From: Bacteroidales bacterium
GTDB taxonomy: Bacteria > Bacteroidota > Bacteroidia > Bacteroidales > GCA-2748055
Assembly (NCBI GenBank): GCA_040768485.1
Contig: JAXGMU010000001.1
Coordinates: 63,079 to 127,078 of the forward strand
Direction: 5' to 3'
Length of the DNA: 64,000 nucleotides
Both the position numbers and the translations under genes were made by a program. Shown here piece by piece: positions 50,264 to 59,598 of the stretch. The notes under the pieces are model-generated. The model worked only from the letters and a program-made list of their open reading frames with translations. It was not told where the DNA came from and made no database searches. The first letter of the stretch is position 1; each line of letters starts with the position of its first letter.

Positions 50264-50421
50264 TGTATTAGCTTTTGCATGAAACTTTTATATATCAGAT
50301 AATTAGAACATTTATTCCTGCCGGTTTGTTCATTCGCGCAAATACATTTGCACATTTTGCGAAATGGGTAAAAGATATTTTGTATTCTTACTTATGATTT
50401 GACCATAAACACGTATATATC

Positions 50422-51195
50422 ATGAGTCCCGAAGACAAATCGATTCACGAATTCGATTTTGATTTGATCTGTGAATATTTTTCAACCCTGGAACGACAGG
50501 GACCCGGCAGCCCCGAAGTCACCCTGAAGGCTTTGGACTTTGTTGATCACCTGACCCATGAATCCCATATTGCCGACATTGGTTGCGGGACAGGGGGCCA
50601 GACCATGGTGCTGGCACAGCATGCACCCGGATATATTACCGGTATCGATTTGTTTCCTGCATTCATAGATCTGTTCAACCTGAATGCCTCTAACCTGAAT
50701 CTTCGGGACAGGGTCAGGGGAATAGTCGGTTCGATGGAAGACCTTCCTTTTCAGCATGAATCCCTGGATTTGATCTGGTCGGAAGGAGCGATTTACAATA
50801 TCGGTTTCGAGCGTGGACTGGACGAGTGGAGGAAATTTTTGAAAAAAGGAGGCAGCATTGCCGTTTCAGAAGCATCCTGGTTCACTGAAGAAAGACCCGA
50901 CGAGATCAACGAGTTCTGGTTACGTGAGTATCCCGGAATCGATACGATCCCCAATAAGGTAAACCAGATGCAAAAAGCCGGATATATTCCCGTGGCGACC
51001 TTTATCCTGCCCGAAAAATGCTGGACGGAACATTTCTATACGCCACAGGTCACCGCACAGGAGATCTTCCTGAAAAAACATGCGGGCAATAAAACTGCCC
51101 AGGAACTCGTAGCGAACCAGCGAAAAGAAGCCCTGTTATATGAACGCTACAAAGATTATTACGGATACGTGTTCTATATAGGGAAGAAAATCTAA
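50422..51195 (+). CDS. Class I SAM-dependent methyltransferase
   Basis: [27 protein letters not shown]. Confidence 0.9.
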   Translation: MSPEDKSIHEFDFDLICEYFSTLERQGPGSPEVTLKALDFVDHLTHESHIADIGCGTGGQTMVLAQHAPGYITGIDLFPAFIDLFNLNASNLNLRDRVRGIVGSMEDLPFQHESLDLIWSEGAIYNIGFERGLDEWRKFLKKGGSIAVSEASWFTEERPDEINEFWLREYPGIDTIPNKVNQMQKAGYIPVATFILPEKCWTEHFYTPQVTAQEIFLKKHAGNKTAQELVANQRKEALLYERYKDYYGYVFYIGKKI

Positions 51196-51247
51196 TTGAC
51201 TCTCCTCGAAGCTTGCTGCGATGAGAGTCAATCAAAAATACTGTATT

Positions 51248-51772
51248 ATGATCCTGTTGCTCGGTGATCCCCGTTTGCGGAAGAAAGCCTATCCGGTTAC
51301 TTTTCCTTTAAACGCAACGATTCATGATGAAAAGGAACTGCTGGAAAAAGCACTTAAGGATTTTCAACGCGAAAAAGGATTCGGACGAGCCATCGCGGCG
51401 CCCCAGATTGGAATCCCCAAACGTTTTATCTCATTGAACTTCGGAGATAAGCAATTAACAATCTTCAATCCGGTGATCGGCTGGCAATCAGAAGACACAT
51501 TTTTGCTCTGGGATGATTGCATGTCATTTCCTGATTTAATGGTCAAAATCAGACGCCATTCATCGATCAGTGTAGTGTATCAGGATGAACACGGAAAAGA
51601 AAAGGTATGGGAACATCTCGACCCGTCCACATCAGAGTTGTTACAGCATGAGATCGATCATTTGGATGGAATACTGGCCATTGACAGGGCCATTGACAGG
51701 GAGAGCATTGTCTATCGGTCCGTCTTTGAAGAAAAGAAAAGATTTTTTCTCAACCAAATAGCATCCTCATGA
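51248..51772 (+). CDS. def: Peptide deformylase family protein
   Basis: GDPRLR, GRAIAAPQIG, DDCMSFP, QHEIDHLDG. Confidence 0.85.
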   Translation: MILLLGDPRLRKKAYPVTFPLNATIHDEKELLEKALKDFQREKGFGRAIAAPQIGIPKRFISLNFGDKQLTIFNPVIGWQSEDTFLLWDDCMSFPDLMVKIRRHSSISVVYQDEHGKEKVWEHLDPSTSELLQHEIDHLDGILAIDRAIDRESIVYRSVFEEKKRFFLNQIASS

Positions 51773-51808
51773 TACATTGATCTCATTAAGAATATCACAA
51801 TACAGAAG

Positions 51809-52257
51809 ATGAAAACTGAAATAATCATCCATAATTCGGTCAGCCTGGATGGCTCTCTCACCGGATTTATGCCGGACATGGAACTGCACTATCAAATTGC
51901 AGGGATGTGATCCTTTTGCTCTCAAAAAAAACACCATCCGGTTACATCGACCATCTGAAAGAAAGAAACTATCATTACATCGTCACCGGAGAAGATAAAG
52001 TCGATATGCCGGGTGCGATTGAAATCCTCCATAATAAATTCAATGTTTCAAGAATCCTGACCGATACCGGCCGGATCCTTGGAAATCATCTCATCAGGCT
52101 CGGGATTGTCAGTGAAATCAGCCTGCTTATTCACCCGCTGGTGGTCGGGGAGAAATGTTACCCTATGTTCTCCGATCTGAAGGAATCGACATCCCTCAAA
52201 TTGGTTAGATCTCAGCAATTTGAAAACGGCTGTAACTGGGTAGTATACAAAATTTGA
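51809..52257 (+). pseudogene. RibD C-terminal/DHFR-like reductase with internal deletion and frameshift
   Basis: N-part [26 protein letters not shown] stops at 51910; C-part [11 protein letters not shown]...DTGRILG...EISLLIHPLVVG continues in another frame; the middle of the protein is missing. Confidence 0.75.
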
Positions 52258-52304
52258 ACCCGCCCGCCGGAGTGACCAATGCGTCACCGGGTTTGCTTGT
52301 ACGA

Positions 52305-52525
52305 TCAATCCAACTCTAGATCCAGGGCATACCGGATTGCCTCCTCCAGGTCCATCGCCCGGCCTTCCGACTCATATTGCAAAGTCAATTCCTCCCCCAG
52401 TTTTTCACGTGTTCCGACGATGTGTCGTTTTACCAGTTCCTGCCAGAATCCCATTCTCATGTTCTCCAATGACTCCGCCCCGGCTTTCCTGGATCCCTCA
52501 TTTACTGCTAAGCCTCTTTCATCTG
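52305..52525 (-). pseudogene. C-terminal remnant of a TPR/NTPase-type signalling protein
   Basis: Manual translation ...FWQELVKRHIVGTREKLGEELTLQYESEGRAMDLEEAIRYALDLELD*; no credible 5' part. Confidence 0.5.
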
Positions 52526-52539
52526 CTGGGACAGGAAGC

Positions 52540-52675
52540 GTTTGAATTGATTGATGAAAAAAGATCCAGTGGAGACCAGGAGGTACTGCTTGATGTATCT
52601 GGCCTGGAAAGCGGATTATACCTGCTGAAACTGGAAACGGATAAGGTATTCTGCACCAGGATAGTGGTGAAATAA
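52540..52675 (+). pseudogene. Orphan T9SS C-terminal domain remnant
   Basis: ELIDEKRSSGDQEVLLDVSGLESGLYLLKLETDKVFCTRIVVK* is the second half of a CTD. Confidence 0.6.
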
Positions 52676-52724
52676 TTCAAATTGCTATTTTAACCAGGTA
52701 GCTCCCCAGTTATCTCAACAGAAA

Positions 52725-52756
52725 TTTGACTTTCTGATAATATTATTATAGTTTTG
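52725..52756 (+). promoter_or_regulatory. Bacteroidota sigma-A promoter of padR
   Basis: TTTG (52725-52728), 20-nt spacer, TAGTTTTG (52749-52756). Confidence 0.7.
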
Positions 52757-52782
52757 TAATATAAAAGTATAAAGTATATACA

Positions 52783-53154
52783 ATGATGAAGAATAAAATT
52801 CCGGGAGAAATGTTAAAAGGCAGTCTGAAGTCGATCGTACTGAAGCTGCTGGCAGAGAACGATAAAATGTATGGTTATGAAATAACCAGGAAGGTAGAGG
52901 AACTTTCTGAAGGAAAGATCCAGCTTACCTATGGTGCGTTGTATCCTGTTCTGCACAAGCTCGAAAAAGACGGGAACCTGTTGACAGAGTCACAAAACGT
53001 AAATAACAGGACGAGGATCTACTATCGACTTACCCCAAAAGGCAAAAGCGTTGCCAAAGAAAAAATCGAGGAACTGAAAAACTACATGGAAACCCTGAAA
53101 GTACTTCTTCAACCAAACCCCGCCCTGCAGTATGTACCGGTTAAAGCCAGGTGA
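52783..53154 (+). CDS. PadR-family transcriptional regulator
   Basis: LKGSL, MYGYEI, GALYPVLHKLE, RIYYRLTPKG. Confidence 0.93.
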   Translation: MMKNKIPGEMLKGSLKSIVLKLLAENDKMYGYEITRKVEELSEGKIQLTYGALYPVLHKLEKDGNLLTESQNVNNRTRIYYRLTPKGKSVAKEKIEELKNYMETLKVLLQPNPALQYVPVKAR

Positions 53155-54607
53155 CATTGAGCTGATCAGGTTGGATATCAGCCGGCAGCGGGTGACCTAT
53201 TCCCATCTGTTGGATGACCTGGTTGATCATGTTTGCTGCGATGTGGAAGCTGAGATGGATGAAGGGCTCCCGTTCACCCAGGCCTATGAGAATGTGAGGT
53301 CGAGGATTGGATTGAACAGGTTTAAAAAGATCCAGGAAGAGACTTTAATGCTGATTGATAAAAATTATAAATCCATGAAAACATTTATGAAGATCTTTGG
53401 GGTTCTGGCCCCATCGTTAATGGCAGTGGCTGCATTGTTTAAAATACAGCACTGGCCGGGGGGAGGCATCATGATGAGCCTGGGTTTCTTTTTTCTCTGT
53501 TTCTTCTTTCTGCCATCGGCTGTTTATGTGCTGAATGCAGAAAACAAAACAGATAAGAAACATCTGTTCATGAAGTTATCCGGACTGATCTCCTCTGTCA
53601 TTTTCCTGCTGGGCATCCTGTTCAAGCTGATGCACTGGCCAGGAGCAGGCATCGCATTGGTTACGGGCCTGATCATGCTGGGAACACTATTCCTGCCTTC
53701 ACTCATCATTGCGAAAATATCGGATGACAGGGGTGAAGGCAGACGGGCTGTATACCTGCTGGGCCTGTTTGCAGGGCTATTCTATCTTGCAGGTTTTCTT
53801 TTCAAAATCATGCACTGGCCAGGAGCAGGACTGGTCATTCTTATCGGGCTTATATTGTTTGCTATGATCTTTATGCCCCTGTATGTGTCTGCGCATTATA
53901 AAAATGAATCTTATGTCAGCGGTCATTTCATATTTATCATTGTCGGATCCATGATGGCAGTTCTGTTTTTGTCTTTTATGGCATTAACTGTCACAAAGGA
54001 TGTATTATCCGAATTCACTGCGGTAGAAGAACAAATGGATGATGTGCTGATCGATCTGGAAGACAAAAACAATGCATTTGTCCTGGAAACGATCAATACC
54101 TCGGCGAGAGGCGAAGTTGCAGCAGCGGCCCATCAAAAAACCGATGAAATTGAATCCTGGATCAACGATCTGAAGAGAGAACTGGTCATTGCCACTGAAC
54201 CGAACGAAGAAGCCATTTCAGGTGGAGCGATAGATTTCAGCAGGATCATACGAAAAGATGCAAACAATATTCCCACTGATATCCTGATCGTCCAGGGCAA
54301 AGCATCACAACTTGCCGGGAAAATCAGGGAATACAAAGAATATCTCTTATCTGAATCGGCTGATGCAGACCTTGCTTCAAAACTGGATCTGCTGCTTGAT
54401 ATATCCAAAGTCAAAGTCGCCGATGATGAAGAGATCCCCTGGGAAAATGCAACTTTTGAACATCGTACTTTTGTATCGATCCTGAATACCCTGACGACCA
54501 TTCAGATTGAAATAAGGCTGGCAGAGAAGGAGTTTTTGAAAAGTATTTCGGAAAAAAGGGATGTGCGCGGCCAGCAGATCATCGCAGAAGAAACCAGCTT
54601 AAAATAA
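53132..54607 (+). CDS. Membrane protein: PadR-associated N-terminal helical domain + 3 GldL-like TM hairpins + GldM-like TM/D1 domain
   Basis: DDLVDHVCCDVE..MDEG..F..A prefix; FKIQHWPG, FKLMHWPG, FKIMHWPG at about 60-aa period; FMALTVTKDVLSEF; KASQLAGKIREYKEYL...WENATFEH...LTTIQIEIRLAE. Confidence 0.8.
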   Translation: MYRLKPGDIELIRLDISRQRVTYSHLLDDLVDHVCCDVEAEMDEGLPFTQAYENVRSRIGLNRFKKIQEETLMLIDKNYKSMKTFMKIFGVLAPSLMAVAALFKIQHWPGGGIMMSLGFFFLCFFFLPSAVYVLNAENKTDKKHLFMKLSGLISSVIFLLGILFKLMHWPGAGIALVTGLIMLGTLFLPSLIIAKISDDRGEGRRAVYLLGLFAGLFYLAGFLFKIMHWPGAGLVILIGLILFAMIFMPLYVSAHYKNESYVSGHFIFIIVGSMMAVLFLSFMALTVTKDVLSEFTAVEEQMDDVLIDLEDKNNAFVLETINTSARGEVAAAAHQKTDEIESWINDLKRELVIATEPNEEAISGGAIDFSRIIRKDANNIPTDILIVQGKASQLAGKIREYKEYLLSESADADLASKLDLLLDISKVKVADDEEIPWENATFEHRTFVSILNTLTTIQIEIRLAEKEFLKSISEKRDVRGQQIIAEETSLK

Positions 54608-54617
54608 CCAGGAAGCC

Positions 54618-55607
54618 ATGAAAAACAAGATATATATATTCGGAATCGTACTGCTGATCCTGTTCACCATCGGGGCAATTTTTAAAATTAATCATTTTCC
54701 CGGGGCGGGAATCGTGATCACTGTTTCCCTGGTCCTCTTTTCACTGGTCTTTTGTCCGGTGGCACTCGCAAGCACCTACCGGGCAGAGGGAAAACATGCT
54801 TTTATTTACATGATCGGAGGCATCACCATCGCCATCACCTTTATCGGGGCCCTTTTCAAAATCATGCACTGGCCCGGGGCCGGCATCCTGCTGACGATTG
54901 GCATCGTTATACCCTTTATTCTGTTCCTGCCTGCTTACCTGATCTACCAGGGCAAAAAGGGGACCAGGAACATCAGGAACTTAATATTGGTACTGTTCCT
55001 GCTTGTCTATATCTCTGCCATGGATGCCTTAATGGCCCTGAATGTCAGTAAAGCCGTAATCGATGATGCAATACTTGTGAATGATCACTATAATTTGCTG
55101 ACCGCCTATTACCAGGGAAGTACGGAGGATCATCTGTCTGATCTTGACTCCGCGGAACTGACATCGGGCACGTTGCTTGCAGAGAGGACCGATCATCTGG
55201 TATCGGAAATCAACCAGCTGAAGGAAGCGCTTGTATTAGAAGTCTCAAAAGACAATGATGAAGCAGTCGGCAAGGAATCAGGAATTGACATTCGCAGGGT
55301 GACGGGGAAAGACAACAGGAACGTATCTTCCCATGTGATGATTGGCGAGAACAGGGCCCTGGATTTGAAACGAAGCATAAAACAATACAAGGATTTTCTG
55401 AATGAAATAACAGAAAACCAGCAGGTGGCTTTCATCGACAAATACCTTGATACGGATGATTTTGAATGGGAAGGAGAGGTGTATTCCTGGGAAGAGATTC
55501 ATTTTGAGGGGGCTATGCTTGTCTGGGCAATCAACCATCTGAACTCGCTTGAGTTCCGTGTGAGAATGGTAGAAGCTGCAATTGCGGAGGAGATGGCGCA
55601 TTCCTGA
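54618..55607 (+). CDS. Membrane protein: 2 GldL-like TM hairpins + GldM-like TM/D1 domain
   Basis: GAIFKINHFPG, GALFKIMHWPG; LMALNVSKAVID; RALDLKRSIKQYKDFL...WEEIHFEG...LNSLEFRVRMVE. Confidence 0.8.
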   Translation: MKNKIYIFGIVLLILFTIGAIFKINHFPGAGIVITVSLVLFSLVFCPVALASTYRAEGKHAFIYMIGGITIAITFIGALFKIMHWPGAGILLTIGIVIPFILFLPAYLIYQGKKGTRNIRNLILVLFLLVYISAMDALMALNVSKAVIDDAILVNDHYNLLTAYYQGSTEDHLSDLDSAELTSGTLLAERTDHLVSEINQLKEALVLEVSKDNDEAVGKESGIDIRRVTGKDNRNVSSHVMIGENRALDLKRSIKQYKDFLNEITENQQVAFIDKYLDTDDFEWEGEVYSWEEIHFEGAMLVWAINHLNSLEFRVRMVEAAIAEEMAHS

Positions 55608-55681
55608 ACTTACCGGCTATTTGCTAATCATCCGGCAACTCTTTATATTTAGTATCAATCTGGATATCTATCCGACAGGTC

Positions 55682-57910
55682 ATGATGAATCCATTTCACC
55701 AGTTGATACTTCGCGTTGCATGCCTGCCGTTATTTCTGTCTTCCTTTTTCACCGGGCTTCATGCACAAGACCGCCAGCTGGTATGGGCCGATGAATTTAA
55801 CGGTGATATCATTGACCGGTCAACCTGGCAGTTTGAATCAGGTCCCACCAATGACAATGTACAGTATTATACAGACCGTCCTGATAATGCAAAGATCGTT
55901 GATGGGAAACTTCAGATCATCGCATTAAAAGAATCCTTCCAGGGCTATGAATATACTTCTGCCCATCTGAGGACCGGACAAACTCATTACTGGAAATACG
56001 GACGGATAGAAGCCAGGATCAAGGTACCTGGCACCCCCGGGTTTGTCCCTGCCTTCTGGATGCTTCCAGTTGACAATCTGTACGGATGGTGGCCCCTCAG
56101 CGGAGAAATCGACATCATGGAGCATCCTTCCAATGAAGTCACCCGCATATACGGAACCGTGCATACCGAAAAGTACAATCTGTTTTCGGGTTCCGAGCCG
56201 CCCCGGGGAGGGATTACAGAAATTCCGGATGCGGAAACTGCCTTTCACATATATGCCATTGAGTGGAGCCCGGATAAGATTGATTTTTTCGTGGATGAGC
56301 AGAAGTATTACTCTTTTGAGAATGATGCTGGTGCTTCTGATACCTGGCCGTTCGATCAATCCTTCTATATCATCCTGAACCTGGCTGTCGGGGGTGGGTG
56401 GGTAGGTTCTCCGGATGAAACCTCCATATTCCCAGCAGTCATGGAGGTGGATTATGTAAGGGTATACCAGGAAGCTGGTGAATTATCCGTTCAGGGACCG
56501 GATTTCGTTACCTCTCAGGAAAAGGGAAAGAAGTATTCACCGGGCGAATTGGAGGGGGCAACTTATCAATGGAGTGTTCCGGGTGATGCACAGATCGTAT
56601 CGGGTCAGGGGACATGGGAAGTCACGGTGGACTGGGGAATATTCGGGGGAAGTATCAGTGCAGCAATCACCACAGGTACGGGTACATTTGTTACGTCCCT
56701 GCCGGTGAAGGTCGCTCCCAATTATGTAAAGAATCCGGGATTTGAAAAAGGGGTGAAATTCTGGAATCAATCGGCCGGCTACCCTGCCAAAGCGAATTTT
56801 AATTTGTCAACGGATACTGTTCACAAAGGGGATCAATCGCTTTATGTGGAGGTGACAGAACCGGGTGGCAATCCGTGGGATGTGCAATTGTCCCAGCGGG
56901 ATCTGGTGCTGAAGGGGGGCACCACATACCACGCCGCCTTTTGGGCCAAGGCAGAGGGTAACCAGGGCCAAATCACTGCTGCGGTCATTCACCAAAATGA
57001 CTATTCCCTTGTAGCGAAAAAAGATTTTACTATCTCCCCTGACTGGGCAGCATATGAATTTGATTTCACGGTACCTACTACCCTGGATGCTGCATTCAAT
57101 ATAGACCTGGGAGGTGAGACCGGAGAATACTACTTTGATGATTTTACCCTGAATACCCAACAACTTGCCGAACTGAACCTGTTGAATAATCCTGATTTCA
57201 TTGAGAATGATGAAGGCTGGGGCCTGGTAACGCTATCAGGTGCTGAAGCAGCAGGATCGGTGGAGGAAGGGGAGTATATAATTAGGATCATGAATTCCGG
57301 AGCAAATCCCTGGGATATCTATTTCGGCCAGAACGGACTTGTGATTGAAAGTGGATTTGAGTACAGGGTTTCCTTTGATGCATATTCAGATACCCCAAGG
57401 CAGATCACCGCACTGGTGGGGAAAGATGCAGAGCCATGGACGGTTTACAGCGGTGAGCAGCTCATCCCGCTCACCACTGAAAAGCAAACGTACAGTTATT
57501 CTTTTACCATGACGGAGCCTGCGGATAACGGGGCGCGGCTGGGTTTTGATATCGGAGGTGATGCGAATACTGTGTATTTCGACAATATCCAATTGAAGAA
57601 AGTGGGATCTCCGAACACATCGATCAATCCGGCCGTTACCCGGATAAAATCTATGTCTGTCCTGCACGTTTATCCCAATCCGTTTTACCAGGAAACTTCT
57701 TTTTACTATTTCTTAGATGAGGCTGCCAGCACCACCCTGAGTCTATTCAACCCGGGCGGGCAGGAGATAAGATCCTTGGTCAGCGGCTACCAGCAGGAAG
57801 GGAATCACAAGGTTACATGGCGCGCTGAAGGATTACCCGCGGGATTATATATATACCGGTTTGAATCCGGTGAAGTTTCGGAAATAGGGAAACTGTTTCT
57901 GCTTCAATGA
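55682..57910 (+). CDS. GH16 beta-1,3-glucanase-like enzyme with Ig/PKD-like domain, two CBM4/9 modules and T9SS CTD
   Basis: LVWADEF, PAFWML, WPLSGEIDIME catalytic motif, ILNLAVGG; two NPxF...NPWD modules; VYPNPF...GLPAGLY. Confidence 0.92.
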   Translation: MMNPFHQLILRVACLPLFLSSFFTGLHAQDRQLVWADEFNGDIIDRSTWQFESGPTNDNVQYYTDRPDNAKIVDGKLQIIALKESFQGYEYTSAHLRTGQTHYWKYGRIEARIKVPGTPGFVPAFWMLPVDNLYGWWPLSGEIDIMEHPSNEVTRIYGTVHTEKYNLFSGSEPPRGGITEIPDAETAFHIYAIEWSPDKIDFFVDEQKYYSFENDAGASDTWPFDQSFYIILNLAVGGGWVGSPDETSIFPAVMEVDYVRVYQEAGELSVQGPDFVTSQEKGKKYSPGELEGATYQWSVPGDAQIVSGQGTWEVTVDWGIFGGSISAAITTGTGTFVTSLPVKVAPNYVKNPGFEKGVKFWNQSAGYPAKANFNLSTDTVHKGDQSLYVEVTEPGGNPWDVQLSQRDLVLKGGTTYHAAFWAKAEGNQGQITAAVIHQNDYSLVAKKDFTISPDWAAYEFDFTVPTTLDAAFNIDLGGETGEYYFDDFTLNTQQLAELNLLNNPDFIENDEGWGLVTLSGAEAAGSVEEGEYIIRIMNSGANPWDIYFGQNGLVIESGFEYRVSFDAYSDTPRQITALVGKDAEPWTVYSGEQLIPLTTEKQTYSYSFTMTEPADNGARLGFDIGGDANTVYFDNIQLKKVGSPNTSINPAVTRIKSMSVLHVYPNPFYQETSFYYFLDEAASTTLSLFNPGGQEIRSLVSGYQQEGNHKVTWRAEGLPAGLYIYRFESGEVSEIGKLFLLQ

Positions 57911-57982
57911 ACCGGAATGAATCCCTGCATGAATCTTTTGCATGAACTTTCTTAACTTGTCCTTCTTATTAAAATCTCCATT

Positions 57983-59494
57983 ATGAAAAAGTCAAGAATC
58001 ATTTTCGCATTCCTGATGTTAACAGGGTTGTTCTCTGGTACACTGTTATCGCAGGAACCCGCAGTAATCAAGATCGATTTTGATCGGAAAATAGGTGAAA
58101 TCGATCCGAAAATCTATGGTGGTTTTCTTGAACCCATCCGCACTGTGGTTTACGGCACTTTATATGATCCGTCATCTCCCTTTGCTGACGAGAACGGTTT
58201 CAGGAAAGATTATATGGAGCTGATCAGGGAATTGAAAGTACCCGTGATAAGATGGCCGGGCGGAAACTATATGTCGGGATATAACTGGAAAGACGGAATC
58301 GGACCGAAGGAACAACGGCCTGCAAGACTGGACCTGGCATGGCACCAGATTGAAAACAACCATATGGGAACGGATGAGTATGTAAAATTCTGCAACCTGG
58401 TCGGTGCCGAAAATTTCATCTGTATCAATGCCGGAACAGGGACGCTTGACGATGCAAGGCACTGGGTTGAATATTGTAACTACGAAAAGGGAACGTATTA
58501 TTCTGACCTCAGGAGGGAGTACGGGAATGAAGAGCCTTTTAAAATAAAATACTGGGCCCTTGGAAACGAAATAGACGGACCCTGGCAAATGGGGCAGAAA
58601 AGTGTCGAAGACTATGTCAAGTTTGCCATGGAGGCTGCTAAACTGATCAGGTTGGTAGACAGGGATGTAAAACTGATTGCTTCCGGTGCATCGAATTACA
58701 GGCCCGCGGATAACAGGTGGATTGACTGGAATGATTATGTACTGGATCGAATGATTGGCACCATTGATTACATTTCTGTTCACAGATATGTTACCGAGGC
58801 ATTGAAAGAGGACCGGGGCTTTTCCAGCATGGTATCCCTGAACCTTGATCTTGATCAGAAGATAGAAATGGTGGAAGCCCTGATCCTGAAGGCGATGATG
58901 AAATCGGAATCAGAAAGACCGGTATATATTTCATTTGATGAATGGGGAGCCCGGGGAAGGGGCCTTTTGGGTTCATTGATGGTTGCTCTTCATCTGAACT
59001 CGTTTGTCAGGCATGCCGATATTGTAAAAATGGCAAATCTGACAATGTTATCAAGTCTTGTGGGGAATTCGCCGGATGGTGATTTCAGGAATACACTGTT
59101 TCAGGCATTCTATCTCTATTCCAACAACTGTCATGGTACTTCTCTTGATGTAACGACCAAATGTGAAACATACAACAATGAAATATTTAATGATATCCCT
59201 TATCTGGACGTTTCTGCCGCATTGAATGAACCGGAAAAAACGCTGGTGGTAAATGTCGTTAACAGGCATGAAACGAATGGCATTGAAACGGATATCCTTC
59301 TGCAGACAGGTGAATTTACGGGGAATGCCACTGTTCACGAGGTAAACGGTGAAACCATTGAGGCAACGAATACAAAGTCCGAGGAGGGTGTAGGGATCGT
59401 CAGTGAGAATATTAAATTCAAGGGCAATACCATCCGTTACACTTTCCCTGCACATTCAATGACTCAGTTTGAAATTCCAATCAGGTCATTGTAA
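57983..59494 (+). CDS. Alpha-L-arabinofuranosidase, GH51
   Basis: IYGGFLE, IRWPGGN, WALGNEIDGPWQMG, ISFDEW, VKMAN. Confidence 0.93.
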   Translation: MKKSRIIFAFLMLTGLFSGTLLSQEPAVIKIDFDRKIGEIDPKIYGGFLEPIRTVVYGTLYDPSSPFADENGFRKDYMELIRELKVPVIRWPGGNYMSGYNWKDGIGPKEQRPARLDLAWHQIENNHMGTDEYVKFCNLVGAENFICINAGTGTLDDARHWVEYCNYEKGTYYSDLRREYGNEEPFKIKYWALGNEIDGPWQMGQKSVEDYVKFAMEAAKLIRLVDRDVKLIASGASNYRPADNRWIDWNDYVLDRMIGTIDYISVHRYVTEALKEDRGFSSMVSLNLDLDQKIEMVEALILKAMMKSESERPVYISFDEWGARGRGLLGSLMVALHLNSFVRHADIVKMANLTMLSSLVGNSPDGDFRNTLFQAFYLYSNNCHGTSLDVTTKCETYNNEIFNDIPYLDVSAALNEPEKTLVVNVVNRHETNGIETDILLQTGEFTGNATVHEVNGETIEATNTKSEEGVGIVSENIKFKGNTIRYTFPAHSMTQFEIPIRSL

Positions 59495-59598
59495 TTTTGT
59501 CTTAATGATTCAGAAGCAGTAATCCGCAACTGGTCCCGGTCACGTAACGTGGAAAAAAATTCCACGTCTTTTATGTGAATTATTTAACAGACAAATCC

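Noticed and set aside
50331..50368. Nested inverted repeat (GCAAAT/ATTTGC within TTCGC/GCGAA) in a divergent intergenic region
   Set aside because: Short and imperfect, with no cognate regulator nearby; not enough support
53132..55607. Calling these genes canonical gldL/gldM (porL/porM)
   Set aside because: No gldK/gldN neighbours, no GldL cytoplasmic domain, no GldM D2-D4 and no TM glutamate; reported as derived fusions instead
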